A stretch of 64,000 nt of DNA from Desulfurococcaceae archaeon (GTDB taxonomy: Archaea; Thermoproteota; Thermoprotei_A; Sulfolobales; Desulfurococcaceae). The DNA lies in the NCBI GenBank assembly GCA_041287395.1, contig JBEULI010000029.1:4837-68836 (forward strand), given 5' to 3'. Below, one piece after another: positions 53,417 through 62,676 of this stretch; the first letter of the stretch is position 1; each line of letters begins with the position of its first letter. The notes beneath the pieces are model-generated. The model ran no database searches, was not told the DNA's origin, and saw only the letters and a list, made by a program, of their open reading frames with translations. The position numbers were made by a program, and so were the translations under genes.

Positions 53417-54979
53417 ATGGCTACGGCCCCCCTAGTCCCAGGCGGATCAGTGCTCGTCGTCGACTTTGGTGGCCAGTACGCCCACCTGATAGCTAGGAGA
53501 GTCAGGGAGGCGCACGTTTTCTCGGAGATCAGGCCGTACTATGAGATACTGGAGCTCGATCTGCGCGGCTACTCGGCAATAGTGCTCTCGGGCAGCCACA
53601 GAGGTGTGCTAGATACCGGCAAGGAGGCCGTGGAATTCGTGAGGAGGCTGATCGACGGCCCCGGAGGGGCGCCGATCCTCGGCATATGCTACGGTCATCA
53701 GCTGCTCGCCGTGGCGTTGGGGGGTAGCGTGAGGAGGGGTTGCAGCGAGTACGGCAGGACGAGGGTGAGGCTCCTAGCGGACGACCCAATTTTCAGGGGA
53801 TGGGGTCCCGAGGAGGCCGTCTGGATGAGCCACGGGGACTGCGTCGACACACTGCCGAGTGCGGCCAGGCTGCTCGCGATATCCGAGAACGGCTGCGTGG
53901 CAGCGTTCTCGGCCGAGGTTGGCAGCAGGAAGATTTACGGGGTGCAGTTCCATCCCGAGGTAGCTCACACGCCGAAGGGACAGCTCCTCATCAACAACTT
54001 CCTGGACCTCTCGCAGGCAGCCCGCCTCTGGACCCCCTCGCAGTACTATGGGGCGCTGCTCGAGGGCCTCGCCGAGGAGCTCGGAGATGGAAAGGTCGTC
54101 GCCGCCGTTAGTGGCGGCATAGACTCCACGGTCGCTGCAGCGCTGGCCAAGAAAGTCGTGGGGGACAGGCTCGTGCCGGTCTTTGTGGATCACGGCCTCT
54201 TCAGGGAAGGGGAGCCGGAGGAGGTCGTTGAACACCTAAGGAGGGCAGGGCTCGAGCCGATCACGATAGACGCGCAGGAGAGGTTCCTAGCGAGGCTGGA
54301 GGGGATTGCCGATTGCGAGGCGAGAAGGCTCATCATAGGCGAGGAGTTCGCCAAGGTCTTCGACGAGGTCATGGAAGAGCTCGGGGCAAGGACCTTCGTA
54401 CAGGGAACAACTTATCCCGACGTGGTGGAGAGCGGCGCCACGCTCGTTGCCGACAGAATCAAGGCGCACCACAACGTGGCAGGCCTCCCCGGGTGGTTCA
54501 GGGGGAAGTACAGGGTCGTGGAGCCCCTCAGGCTCCTCTACAAGGACGAGGTCAGGGCTCTGGCCAGGCTGCTGGGACTTCCCGAGTACTTCGTCAAGAG
54601 GCACCCGTTCCCCGGCCCCGGCCTCGCTGCCAGGATCCTGGGGCCGTTCTCGCGCAAGAAGCTCGAGATCTGCAGGAGGGCGTCGAAAGTTATCGAGGAC
54701 GTGCTCCGCGAGCACGAGCTCTACGACAGCGTCTGGCAGGCCTTCGCAGTGGTCGGCGACGATAAGTGGGTCGGAGTGAAGGGCGACGCGAGGAAGCACG
54801 GCTACGTAGTCATCGTCAGGGTCGTGGAGAGTCAGGATGCAATGACAGCGGACTACGCCAGGCTCCCCTATGAGGTCCTGGACGAAATGTCGAGGAGGAT
54901 CGCGGCATCAATAGACGACGTCACGATGGTAGCCTATGCGATCGCTTCGAAGCCCCCCAGCACCATAGAACCGTGTTAG
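53417..54979 (+). CDS. guaA: GMP synthase (glutamine-hydrolysing), fused GATase + ATP-pyrophosphatase
   Basis: GATase block ILGICYGHQLL and VQFHPEV. PP-loop AVSGGIDSTV. C-terminal KAHHNV and the dimerisation domain ending PPSTIEPC. Confidence 0.95.
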   Translation: MATAPLVPGGSVLVVDFGGQYAHLIARRVREAHVFSEIRPYYEILELDLRGYSAIVLSGSHRGVLDTGKEAVEFVRRLIDGPGGAPILGICYGHQLLAVALGGSVRRGCSEYGRTRVRLLADDPIFRGWGPEEAVWMSHGDCVDTLPSAARLLAISENGCVAAFSAEVGSRKIYGVQFHPEVAHTPKGQLLINNFLDLSQAARLWTPSQYYGALLEGLAEELGDGKVVAAVSGGIDSTVAAALAKKVVGDRLVPVFVDHGLFREGEPEEVVEHLRRAGLEPITIDAQERFLARLEGIADCEARRLIIGEEFAKVFDEVMEELGARTFVQGTTYPDVVESGATLVADRIKAHHNVAGLPGWFRGKYRVVEPLRLLYKDEVRALARLLGLPEYFVKRHPFPGPGLAARILGPFSRKKLEICRRASKVIEDVLREHELYDSVWQAFAVVGDDKWVGVKGDARKHGYVVIVRVVESQDAMTADYARLPYEVLDEMSRRIAASIDDVTMVAYAIASKPPSTIEPC

Positions 54980-55621
<642 letters not shown>

Positions 55622-55681
55622 GAGCTCGTTGCACAGGACCGCGCTTTTTAGGGGGACAGGGGCTAGGACTAAGCGGGCTTC

Positions 55682-56347
55682 GTGTTCGAGCTCAAGGTAG
55701 TCGACCACCCATACGTGCAGGTCGTGCTCACCCAGCTCAGGGATCGGAGGACCGGCCAGATAGAGTTCAGGAAGGGCCTTGTCAGGCTCGGTAGGGCGTT
55801 AGGGCTCGAGATGGTTAAGGACTTCGAGGTCGAGGAGGTGCTAGTGGAGACGCCCCTCGGCGTGAGGGCCAAGGGTGTAAGGTTCAAGAACTTCGACAAG
55901 GTCGTGATAGTGACCGTGCTGAGGGCTGGCATGCCCCTGACGGAGGGCCTCATAAAGGTCTTCTACAACGCGAAGCAGGGGGTGGTCTCGGCGAGGAGGC
56001 TCGAGGAGAAGGGCATGAAAGATGGCTGGTTCGACGTGGAAATATCATATGCCAGGATACCCAGGATAGACGGCGAGACGACAGTCATAGTGAGCGATCC
56101 CATGATCGCCACGGCATCGACCACGAGGGCTGTGCTGAGGAAGGCGCTCGAGTTCGGGAGGCCGAGGAGGTTCATGGCGGCCGGCGCGATCGCCACTCCC
56201 CTGGCCGTCGAGAGGATCCGGAGGATCAGCGAGGAGCTAGGGATCGACGTGAAGATGTATGTAGCGTCCGTGGATCCGCTCCTCGACGACAGGGGCTACA
56301 TCGTGCCTGGCCTAGGCGACGCCGGGGACAGGGCGTTCGGCGAGTGA
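55682..56347 (+). CDS. upp: uracil phosphoribosyltransferase
   Basis: Contains VVDHPYVQVVLTQLRD, LRAGMPL, VSDPMIATASTT and YIVPGLGDAGDR. Confidence 0.9.
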   Translation: MFELKVVDHPYVQVVLTQLRDRRTGQIEFRKGLVRLGRALGLEMVKDFEVEEVLVETPLGVRAKGVRFKNFDKVVIVTVLRAGMPLTEGLIKVFYNAKQGVVSARRLEEKGMKDGWFDVEISYARIPRIDGETTVIVSDPMIATASTTRAVLRKALEFGRPRRFMAAGAIATPLAVERIRRISEELGIDVKMYVASVDPLLDDRGYIVPGLGDAGDRAFGE

Positions 56348-56353
56348 GGGGAT

Positions 56354-56464
56354 TGCCGCCGCCGGGATTTGAACCCGGGACAACCGGATCTCCCCCTGGG
56401 GGACGGCTTCGGCGTTCGCCACCCGTATGAGTCCGGCGCTCTGGCCGGGCTGAGCTACGGCGGC
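56354..56464 (-). tRNA. tRNA with CAU anticodon (elongator Met or Ile2) containing a 36-nt intron
   Basis: Reverse-strand hand fold: acceptor GCCGCCG/CGGCGGC, D arm GCTC..GAGC, anticodon stem CCGGA/TCCGG with CTCATA + 36 nt + A, T arm CCGGG-TTCAAAT-CCCGG, discriminator A. It lacks the A1:U72 pair expected of an archaeal initiator. Confidence 0.85.
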
Positions 56465-56488
56465 GTCCTAACCTTAGCCAGCCGGACC

Positions 56489-56495
56489 TTATTAA
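56489..56495 (-). promoter_or_regulatory. TATA-like box for the CAU tRNA
   Basis: TTAATAA on the minus strand lies ~25-31 nt upstream of the tRNA 5' end. Confidence 0.45.
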
Positions 56496-56511
56496 GTTAA
56501 GCTCGCGAGGG

Positions 56512-56955
56512 CTATCGTTGCTCGACGGCTTCGGCGTCGATCACGCCATCCCTATAAACCAATACCCTGAGCCCCTTCCTGAGCCTGGGATAGCCTGCCT
56601 GGGCCTTGAACCTTATGAGGCCGAAGATGTACTCAGCATTCGCCCTAACCTTGATGCCGGCCTTATCCGCCTCCCTGAAGACAGCAGCCGGGATCTCAGC
56701 CACGTGGGTACCGGCTTCGAACTCCATGGAGAACGCCATCAACACCGAGCGGTAAGCCCTGAGCGTTTCCTCGGCGATCCTCAGCGCCCTCCTCGCCCTT
56801 GTCTCGGCCGAGGCCACCGCGGTCCTGCTAATGCCCAACCTCTCTGCGACCTCCCTCTGCGTGAGCCCCGTCGCCCTGAGCCTTAGCACCTCGTACTCCC
56901 TCTCGGTCAGGAGGCCCAGGCCCGGCGCCCCCCGCCTGGCGGTGCCGCGTCGCAT
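56512..56955 (-). CDS. tfx: Tfx-family DNA-binding protein
   Basis: The N-terminal sigma-70-region-4/LuxR-like HTH is LLTEREYEVLRLRATGLTQREVAERLGISRTAVASAETRARRAL. The C-terminal Tfx-type domain and ~147-aa length also fit. Confidence 0.7.
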   Translation of the reverse strand: MRRGTARRGAPGLGLLTEREYEVLRLRATGLTQREVAERLGISRTAVASAETRARRALRIAEETLRAYRSVLMAFSMEFEAGTHVAEIPAAVFREADKAGIKVRANAEYIFGLIRFKAQAGYPRLRKGLRVLVYRDGVIDAEAVEQR

Positions 56956-56983
56956 TTCGCCCGCCCCCAGGCCGCCGCGCGGC

Positions 56984-58132
56984 CTAGTTCTTGTCTATCA
57001 CTACGAACTCGTGGGGGCTCACGGCGAAGATGCCGTAGAGCCTCGAGGTCACCTCGACGAGTCCGAAGACTGGGATCGCGAACACGAACAGGGGTTCGCC
57101 GAGCTTCGACGCCCCGTAGCTGTAGGCGGTCATGTAGTAGATCCCCGTGGGTATTAGTATCCAGATGATCCCGGTCGCTAGCAAGAGGGGCATTATGAGC
57201 CACGAGGAGAACATTGCGAACCCAACGATCACGCTCCTCAAGATCACTACCAGCTTCATCGCCATGGGGCTTTGCTTGACGTCGTCCATGACTCCCCTGA
57301 ACCAACGGCCCCTCTGCTTTATCAGATCTCCAAGGGAGTTTGGGCTCCTGATCGAGACCCTGGTGGAGCTCTGCCAGGTCTTGTACCCCCTCTTCACTAG
57401 CTCCGAGGCGAACCTAAAGTCCTCTGTTATGCTCCTGAACTTGAACCCAAGCTCCTTCAGCACGTCGCCCCGAACTATTAGCAGCTCCCCGTGCAGCCCC
57501 AGGAGGGGCTTGCCGAGGAGGCCCGTGAAGAACCTGTAAATGGTTATGTCGTCGAAGAACCGGACCCAATCCATCACGTAGCTTAGCTTGTTCCTCCCGG
57601 GGCGGGGGACGAGCACGCCGTTCGCGGCCGCGTAACCCCTTTCCTCGTAGTATGGGATTTCGTAAAGAAACGAATCGTCCAATATGAAGTTGTCGTCGTC
57701 TATGAACACGTACCACTTATCCCGCTCCGCGTAGTTGTCGACGAAATAGCTCAGGGCCCTGGCCTTGCCGACGAGCTCCGTGCCGTAGCCCTGGGGCACA
57801 ACGATCACCTCGACGCCGGGAATGCGCCTGAGCTCCCCCTCCAGCGGGGCCCCCTCGTCTATCACCACCGTCAACTTGCCGAACCTCTTGGCATGGTACC
57901 TCGCCGCCTCGAGCAGGCTGCTCCTGACCTTCTCGTTGGCCTTGGAGACCATAACGATCTCCACGTTATTGGCCCTCCTCTTGCTCCTCCTCGGGCTATA
58001 GACGACGTATGCCGTGAGCCCGGCGATCAGCAGGGCAGTGTAGAGGGCCCCCAGGCCTCCCAGGACTAACGATAAGTCGAGCAGCATTGCCTCCTTCTCT
58101 AGCAAGTTGGCCACCGGCCGGGAAATTAACAT
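56984..58132 (-). CDS. membrane-integrated family-2 glycosyltransferase with D,D,D,QxxRW processive-synthase motifs
   Basis: N-terminal TM, then VIDEG, FIDDDN, ITEDFRF (TED) and KQRGRWFRG (Q-R-x-R-W), followed by C-terminal TM helices. Confidence 0.8.
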   Translation of the reverse strand: MLISRPVANLLEKEAMLLDLSLVLGGLGALYTALLIAGLTAYVVYSPRRSKRRANNVEIVMVSKANEKVRSSLLEAARYHAKRFGKLTVVIDEGAPLEGELRRIPGVEVIVVPQGYGTELVGKARALSYFVDNYAERDKWYVFIDDDNFILDDSFLYEIPYYEERGYAAANGVLVPRPGRNKLSYVMDWVRFFDDITIYRFFTGLLGKPLLGLHGELLIVRGDVLKELGFKFRSITEDFRFASELVKRGYKTWQSSTRVSIRSPNSLGDLIKQRGRWFRGVMDDVKQSPMAMKLVVILRSVIVGFAMFSSWLIMPLLLATGIIWILIPTGIYYMTAYSYGASKLGEPLFVFAIPVFGLVEVTSRLYGIFAVSPHEFVVIDKN

Positions 58133-58190
58133 GGCGAGAATTCAAAAACGTTATATGTAGGGCTCCGGCCGCTACAAGCGGTGGCGTCCC

Positions 58191-59414
58191 TTGCCCAGGC
58201 CCCTCGACGTCTTCGTCAGGGTCGACGAGGCGCGCTCGCTGCTCGCCAAGGCCCTCTCGGGACTTGTCAGACAGGAGGCCGAGGAAGTCGAGCTGCTCGA
58301 GGCCCTTGGCGGGATATCGGCCGAGGACGTGGCCGCGCTGAGGGACTCGCCGCCCTTCGACAGGAGCGCTGTCGACGGCTATGCCGTGAGGAGCTCGGAC
58401 GTCTCAAGCGCTAGCAGGAGCAGCCCGGCGTTGCTGAGGATCAGGGAGGGAGGGGGCTGCCTGGGCGAGGGCGAGGCAGTGCCGGTGTCTACCGGCGACC
58501 CGTTGCCCTGCGGCGCGGATGCCGTGCTCATGCTCGAGGACTGCGAGCGCCGGGACGGGCAATTGCTGGCATGGCGTCCCGCTGGCCCTGGGGCCAACGT
58601 CTCGAGGAGGGGCGAGGACTTCGCGGCAGGCGAGGTGGTGGTCAGGAGGGGACAGATGATCACGGCGTACCACGTCGCGGCAATCGCCGCCGCTGGCAGG
58701 AGCACGGTCAAGGTCTTGAGGAGGCTGAGGGTCGGCGTCGTTGCAGTGGGCTCAGAGCTAGTCGAGCCCGGCGCGGAGTTCGGCCCTCACTCGGTGTTTA
58801 ACTCCACGGCCTACCTAGTGGTTGCACTGCTTAATGCATCGGGCATCGCAAGGGCCAATTACCACGGGATTGTGCCCGACGACCCCGGGCTCGTAGCCAA
58901 GGCAATAGAGGTAGCAGCCGACGCAAACGACCTCGTCGTGACAACTGGGGGGACCGGGCCAAGCTCGCGGGATGTGGTGCTCGAGGCGATCGAGAGGCTC
59001 GCCGGGGCTAACACGATATTCAGGGGGGTCGCCATGAGGCCTGGCAGGCCTACGTCCGCGACGAGTCTGGGCAATGGCAAGGTCGTGGTGCACCTGAGCG
59101 GCTTTCCCGTCGCTGCGTGGACCGGGAGCGTGGCCATACTGTTGCCGGCGCTTTTCGAGTCCCTGGGCCTCGAGCACCGCCCGAGGACGGTCAGGGCGAG
59201 GCTTGCTAGAAGGCTCCCGGGGAGCCCTGGGTACAGGACCTTCGTCAGGGTCAAGTTGGTCAACGCGGCAGACGGTCTCGAGGCCGAGCCGATCATGTTG
59301 AGGGGCAGCGGGGTGCTAAGCAGCCTCTTCAGGTCGGACGGCTACGTCATCATACCTGAGGACGTCGAAGGATTCGAGAGGGGAACGTTGGTGGACGTCC
59401 ACATGCTATTCTAG
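58191..59414 (+). CDS. moeA: molybdopterin molybdenumtransferase
   Basis: 407 aa with FDRSAVDGYAV, VSTGDPLP and TTGGTGPSSRD blocks and the MoeA length and domain order. Confidence 0.85.
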   Translation: MPRPLDVFVRVDEARSLLAKALSGLVRQEAEEVELLEALGGISAEDVAALRDSPPFDRSAVDGYAVRSSDVSSASRSSPALLRIREGGGCLGEGEAVPVSTGDPLPCGADAVLMLEDCERRDGQLLAWRPAGPGANVSRRGEDFAAGEVVVRRGQMITAYHVAAIAAAGRSTVKVLRRLRVGVVAVGSELVEPGAEFGPHSVFNSTAYLVVALLNASGIARANYHGIVPDDPGLVAKAIEVAADANDLVVTTGGTGPSSRDVVLEAIERLAGANTIFRGVAMRPGRPTSATSLGNGKVVVHLSGFPVAAWTGSVAILLPALFESLGLEHRPRTVRARLARRLPGSPGYRTFVRVKLVNAADGLEAEPIMLRGSGVLSSLFRSDGYVIIPEDVEGFERGTLVDVHMLF

Positions 59415-59425
59415 CGGAGGGAGGG

Positions 59426-61045
59426 CTAGAGTCGGGAGAAGTACTCGTACACGGATAGGAAGGCGCTTAGCAGGGGACCCAACAAAGGCAACCCGCGCGC
59501 CATCTTCCTGATCAGCGACTCGTTGGTCTCGCTTATCCCCCTCAGTAGTCCGAGGAACACCGCGTAGAGCATGTAGGCAAGAGCAGCCGACGCAACTATC
59601 CTGCCAAGGCTCCACTCAATGCTAAGGGCATCGACGAACGCCCTGGAGAGCCCGACCGTTGCAACGGACGTGAGAGCGTACGTCGCTAGCCTGCGCTTGT
59701 GCACGCCCAGCCCATAGCGCGCCGACGCGTAAGCCGCCAGCGTGAGCGCGTACACCACCTGATAGAGGCCGATGGCGGCAGCTATTCCAGCGACCCCGGC
59801 GATCGAGCCCAGCCCCAGCACTAGGATGAGTCCCGAGGCGAAAGTGGCGACGTTCGCAATCGCCATACCCCTCAGATCGTTGATCGCCTGCAAGTAATAC
59901 CCTACGACCGAAGACGCCGGGGAGAGCAGCAGGCTGACGGCCATTAGGAGGAAGAACCCTGGCGCCCTTGTGTAGCTCGGCCCGTAGATCAACCTTATCA
60001 GATCGCTTGAGAAGGCCATTGCATAGACCGCTATCGGGATCTCGACGAATGCGAGCGCCTCGAGCAACAAAGCCGAGAGCTCGACACCACCTCTATTGTT
60101 CCTGCGTGCAAGGAGCGGGAGCAACGGTATGGCAAGCGCGCCGTACACGGAGCCGATCGCGCCGAGGAATGCAGATGCGGCGTTGAAGTCGCCGACCAGG
60201 ACGTTCCCGAGGAGTCCCAGCGGTGCGGTGTAGAGCGATATCAGGTACTGTTGTAGCCTCCCCAGCACTGCCCCGCCCAGGCCCAATATGTACATGGTCA
60301 ACGCGAACCTGAACATTTCGCCCAAGTCCTCGGCCGGGATCCTGGAACCAGCGAGAAGGTAGTTCCTGGCGCGGGCTAGCCCGTAGACTAGCCCCACGCC
60401 GTAACAGAGGGTTGACGCGAGCAGCGCGCTCATGGGAGTGGGCGAGAGGCTCAGGAGGATCACCGCCAGGACGAAGCGCGAGGAGAAATACAGCGCAATG
60501 GTCCACGACCTCCCCCACGCGTCGCCAACTCCCGCGAGAAAGCTCGCCACGTTGTTCATGAGCGTCGACAGCACCAGGAGCAGGGATGTGAGTGCCACGA
60601 GGTCGCCGAGCCCAGGCCTATTGCTCAGCGCAAGGCTCAGGGCCTCCGGTGCTAGGACCAGGGGCGCCGCAGCGACGGCTGATAGGAGGAACTTCACAGC
60701 CAGCGACGCCTTGAACAACCCGCCCAGCTTCTCGGGCTCCCTTGCACTATATGACGACGCGTACCTAAACGTCGCTGCGTCGATCCCCAGATCTGCCACG
60801 AGGGACATGAAGGCGCTCGGCACCAAGGAGAGCGTGTACAGGCCATAGCCGCCGGCCCCTAGGACCCTTGAGACGTACATGAGAGTGGCTACCTGCGCGA
60901 AGAGCTGAACCACGGCCAGCGTGGCGTACGCCAGCGCCTGCCTCGTGGTCCTCAGTAGCTCGTACTCCTCGGCGCTCAAGTGTTGCACCGCACCGCGACC
61001 TCCACTCATTGTAAGTGAAAATATTTTCCTTCCCTTGGACTCCAC
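59426..61045 (-). CDS. MOP-superfamily oligo/polysaccharide flippase (Wzx/polysaccharide biosynthesis protein type)
   Basis: 539 aa, highly hydrophobic, with about 12-14 TM segments and the typical N-terminal LL....QAL.YA... pattern. This is an architecture-level call. Confidence 0.7.
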   Translation of the reverse strand: MESKGRKIFSLTMSGGRGAVQHLSAEEYELLRTTRQALAYATLAVVQLFAQVATLMYVSRVLGAGGYGLYTLSLVPSAFMSLVADLGIDAATFRYASSYSAREPEKLGGLFKASLAVKFLLSAVAAAPLVLAPEALSLALSNRPGLGDLVALTSLLLVLSTLMNNVASFLAGVGDAWGRSWTIALYFSSRFVLAVILLSLSPTPMSALLASTLCYGVGLVYGLARARNYLLAGSRIPAEDLGEMFRFALTMYILGLGGAVLGRLQQYLISLYTAPLGLLGNVLVGDFNAASAFLGAIGSVYGALAIPLLPLLARRNNRGGVELSALLLEALAFVEIPIAVYAMAFSSDLIRLIYGPSYTRAPGFFLLMAVSLLLSPASSVVGYYLQAINDLRGMAIANVATFASGLILVLGLGSIAGVAGIAAAIGLYQVVYALTLAAYASARYGLGVHKRRLATYALTSVATVGLSRAFVDALSIEWSLGRIVASAALAYMLYAVFLGLLRGISETNESLIRKMARGLPLLGPLLSAFLSVYEYFSRL

Positions 61046-61049
61046 TCTC

Positions 61050-61772
61050 GTGAGGGATGACGGAGTGCGAAGCGCCTGTGACGAGATCTACGCGAGGCTC
61101 AGGAAGGCCTATGCGATAAACATGGAGAGGTTCGTAATATCGAGCGCGGACCCCGGGAACTTCTTTGAGTTCCTAGTCGCCGTCGTGCTCTCGCAGAACA
61201 CTAGCGACGCGAATGCCTCGAAGGCCCTCGCGAGGCTCAAGGCAAGGCTCGGCAGGATCACTCCCGAGGGGCTCGTCTCGTTGCCGGAGGAAGAGGTGGC
61301 GGAGCTGATCAGGCCGGCTGGCATGCACGTTAGGAGGGCTCGAGTCCTGCGAGAGCTCGCGAGGGCTCTGAGCGGCGGCTCCGGTGAGGCCCTAGCCTCG
61401 AAGCTGAGGTCCATGCCTCCCGAGAGGGCGAGGGAGGCGCTCATGGAGCTCCCGGGGGTGGGCAAGAAGACGGCTGACGTGGTCCTCCTAATGTTCTTCA
61501 ACATGCCTAGGTTTCCGGTCGACACACACATAGCCAGGGTCACCGAGAGGTTGGGCATGGCCAGGTCGAGGAACTACGACGAGGTCTCGCGCGCGTGGTC
61601 GAGTTGCCTCAGCCCCGAGCACTTCTTCGAAGCGCACATCCTGCTCATAGAGCACGGCAGGACCACGTGCAGGGCACGGAGGCCGCTGTGCGATGCTTGC
61701 GTCCTCAGGGACCTGTGCGCGTACGGTGGCGGGCTTGGGAAGGGGAAAGCTGTTGAAAAGGCTGGCGAATGA
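61050..61772 (+). CDS. nth: endonuclease III (HhH-GPD DNA glycosylase/AP lyase)
   Basis: Contains VAVVLSQNTSD and the HhH-GPD block LMELPGVGKKTADVVLL ... VDTH. The 4Fe-4S cluster is C-x6-C-x2-C-x5-C (CRARRPLCDACVLRDLC). I prefer the GTG at 61050, since the track start overlaps the divergent flippase gene. Confidence 0.85.
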   Translation: MRDDGVRSACDEIYARLRKAYAINMERFVISSADPGNFFEFLVAVVLSQNTSDANASKALARLKARLGRITPEGLVSLPEEEVAELIRPAGMHVRRARVLRELARALSGGSGEALASKLRSMPPERAREALMELPGVGKKTADVVLLMFFNMPRFPVDTHIARVTERLGMARSRNYDEVSRAWSSCLSPEHFFEAHILLIEHGRTTCRARRPLCDACVLRDLCAYGGGLGKGKAVEKAGE

Positions 61773-62604
61773 GGTTCTCCCGCCCGAGCTGGCCTCGGCG
61801 GTCTGGAATAGGGTTGAGCTCATAGGCGACATAGCCCTGATAAGGGCTCCTCCCAGCATCGCGCCCGAGGCGCTCAGGCCCCTGGCCGAGAGGTTGCTCC
61901 AGGAGCTCAAATACGTCAGGAGCGTGTGGGTCGGGTACCCCGGCGTCAGCGGCGCCTACAGGCTGAGGCCCTACGTGCACCTGGCCGGCGAGCCGAGGAG
62001 CGAGGCCGTGTACAAGGAGCACGGATGTCTATTCAAGGTCGACGTGACGAAGGCGTACATATCCCCATCCCTTAGCTACGAGCACCTGAGGGTCGCCAAA
62101 CTCGTTAGGGACGGGGAGGTGGTGACCAACATGTTCGCCGGCGTCGGCCCCTTCAGCATAATAATAGCGAGGCACGCAAGGCCGAGGAAGGTCTACAGCA
62201 TAGACATCAACCCGGACGCCTACCGCTACATGGTTGAGAACGTGAAGCTGAACAAGGTGCAGGAAGTCGTCGAGCCCATATTGGGCGATGCCGCCGAGGT
62301 TGTGGAGACGCGCCTCAAGGGGACGAGCGACCGGGTGCTCATGCCGTACCCGGACATAGCGCTGGAGTACCTGAGATATGCCATGGACGCCCTCCGCGAC
62401 GATGGCGGCGTCATCCACCTGTACCTCCACGTGAGGGCCGAAAGGGGCGAGGATCCGGTCGAGAGGGCCAAGGAGGCGGCCCTCCCCAGGCTCGCGGGGC
62501 TGTCCAGGTCGCACGAGGTCCTCTTCGGAAGGGTCGTTAGGATGATAGCCCCGAGGACGTACCAGGTGGTCCTGGACATCAGAGCGATCCCCTCGAAGGC
62601 TTGA
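61753..62604 (+). CDS. trm5: tRNA (guanine37-N1)-methyltransferase Trm5 family (Met-10+ like)
   Basis: Contains VVTNMFAGVGPFSIIIA (SAM-binding motif) and VYSIDINPDAYRYMVENVKLNKV. I prefer the TTG at 61753, which overlaps the nth end by ~20 nt. Confidence 0.8.
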   Translation: MKRLANEVLPPELASAVWNRVELIGDIALIRAPPSIAPEALRPLAERLLQELKYVRSVWVGYPGVSGAYRLRPYVHLAGEPRSEAVYKEHGCLFKVDVTKAYISPSLSYEHLRVAKLVRDGEVVTNMFAGVGPFSIIIARHARPRKVYSIDINPDAYRYMVENVKLNKVQEVVEPILGDAAEVVETRLKGTSDRVLMPYPDIALEYLRYAMDALRDDGGVIHLYLHVRAERGEDPVERAKEAALPRLAGLSRSHEVLFGRVVRMIAPRTYQVVLDIRAIPSKA

Positions 62605-62676
62605 GGATTCGTCGATTTCCCGCGGAAACGTTAATAGGAGCGCCCATACAACGGGACGGGCGGGCGGCGCTAGGTC

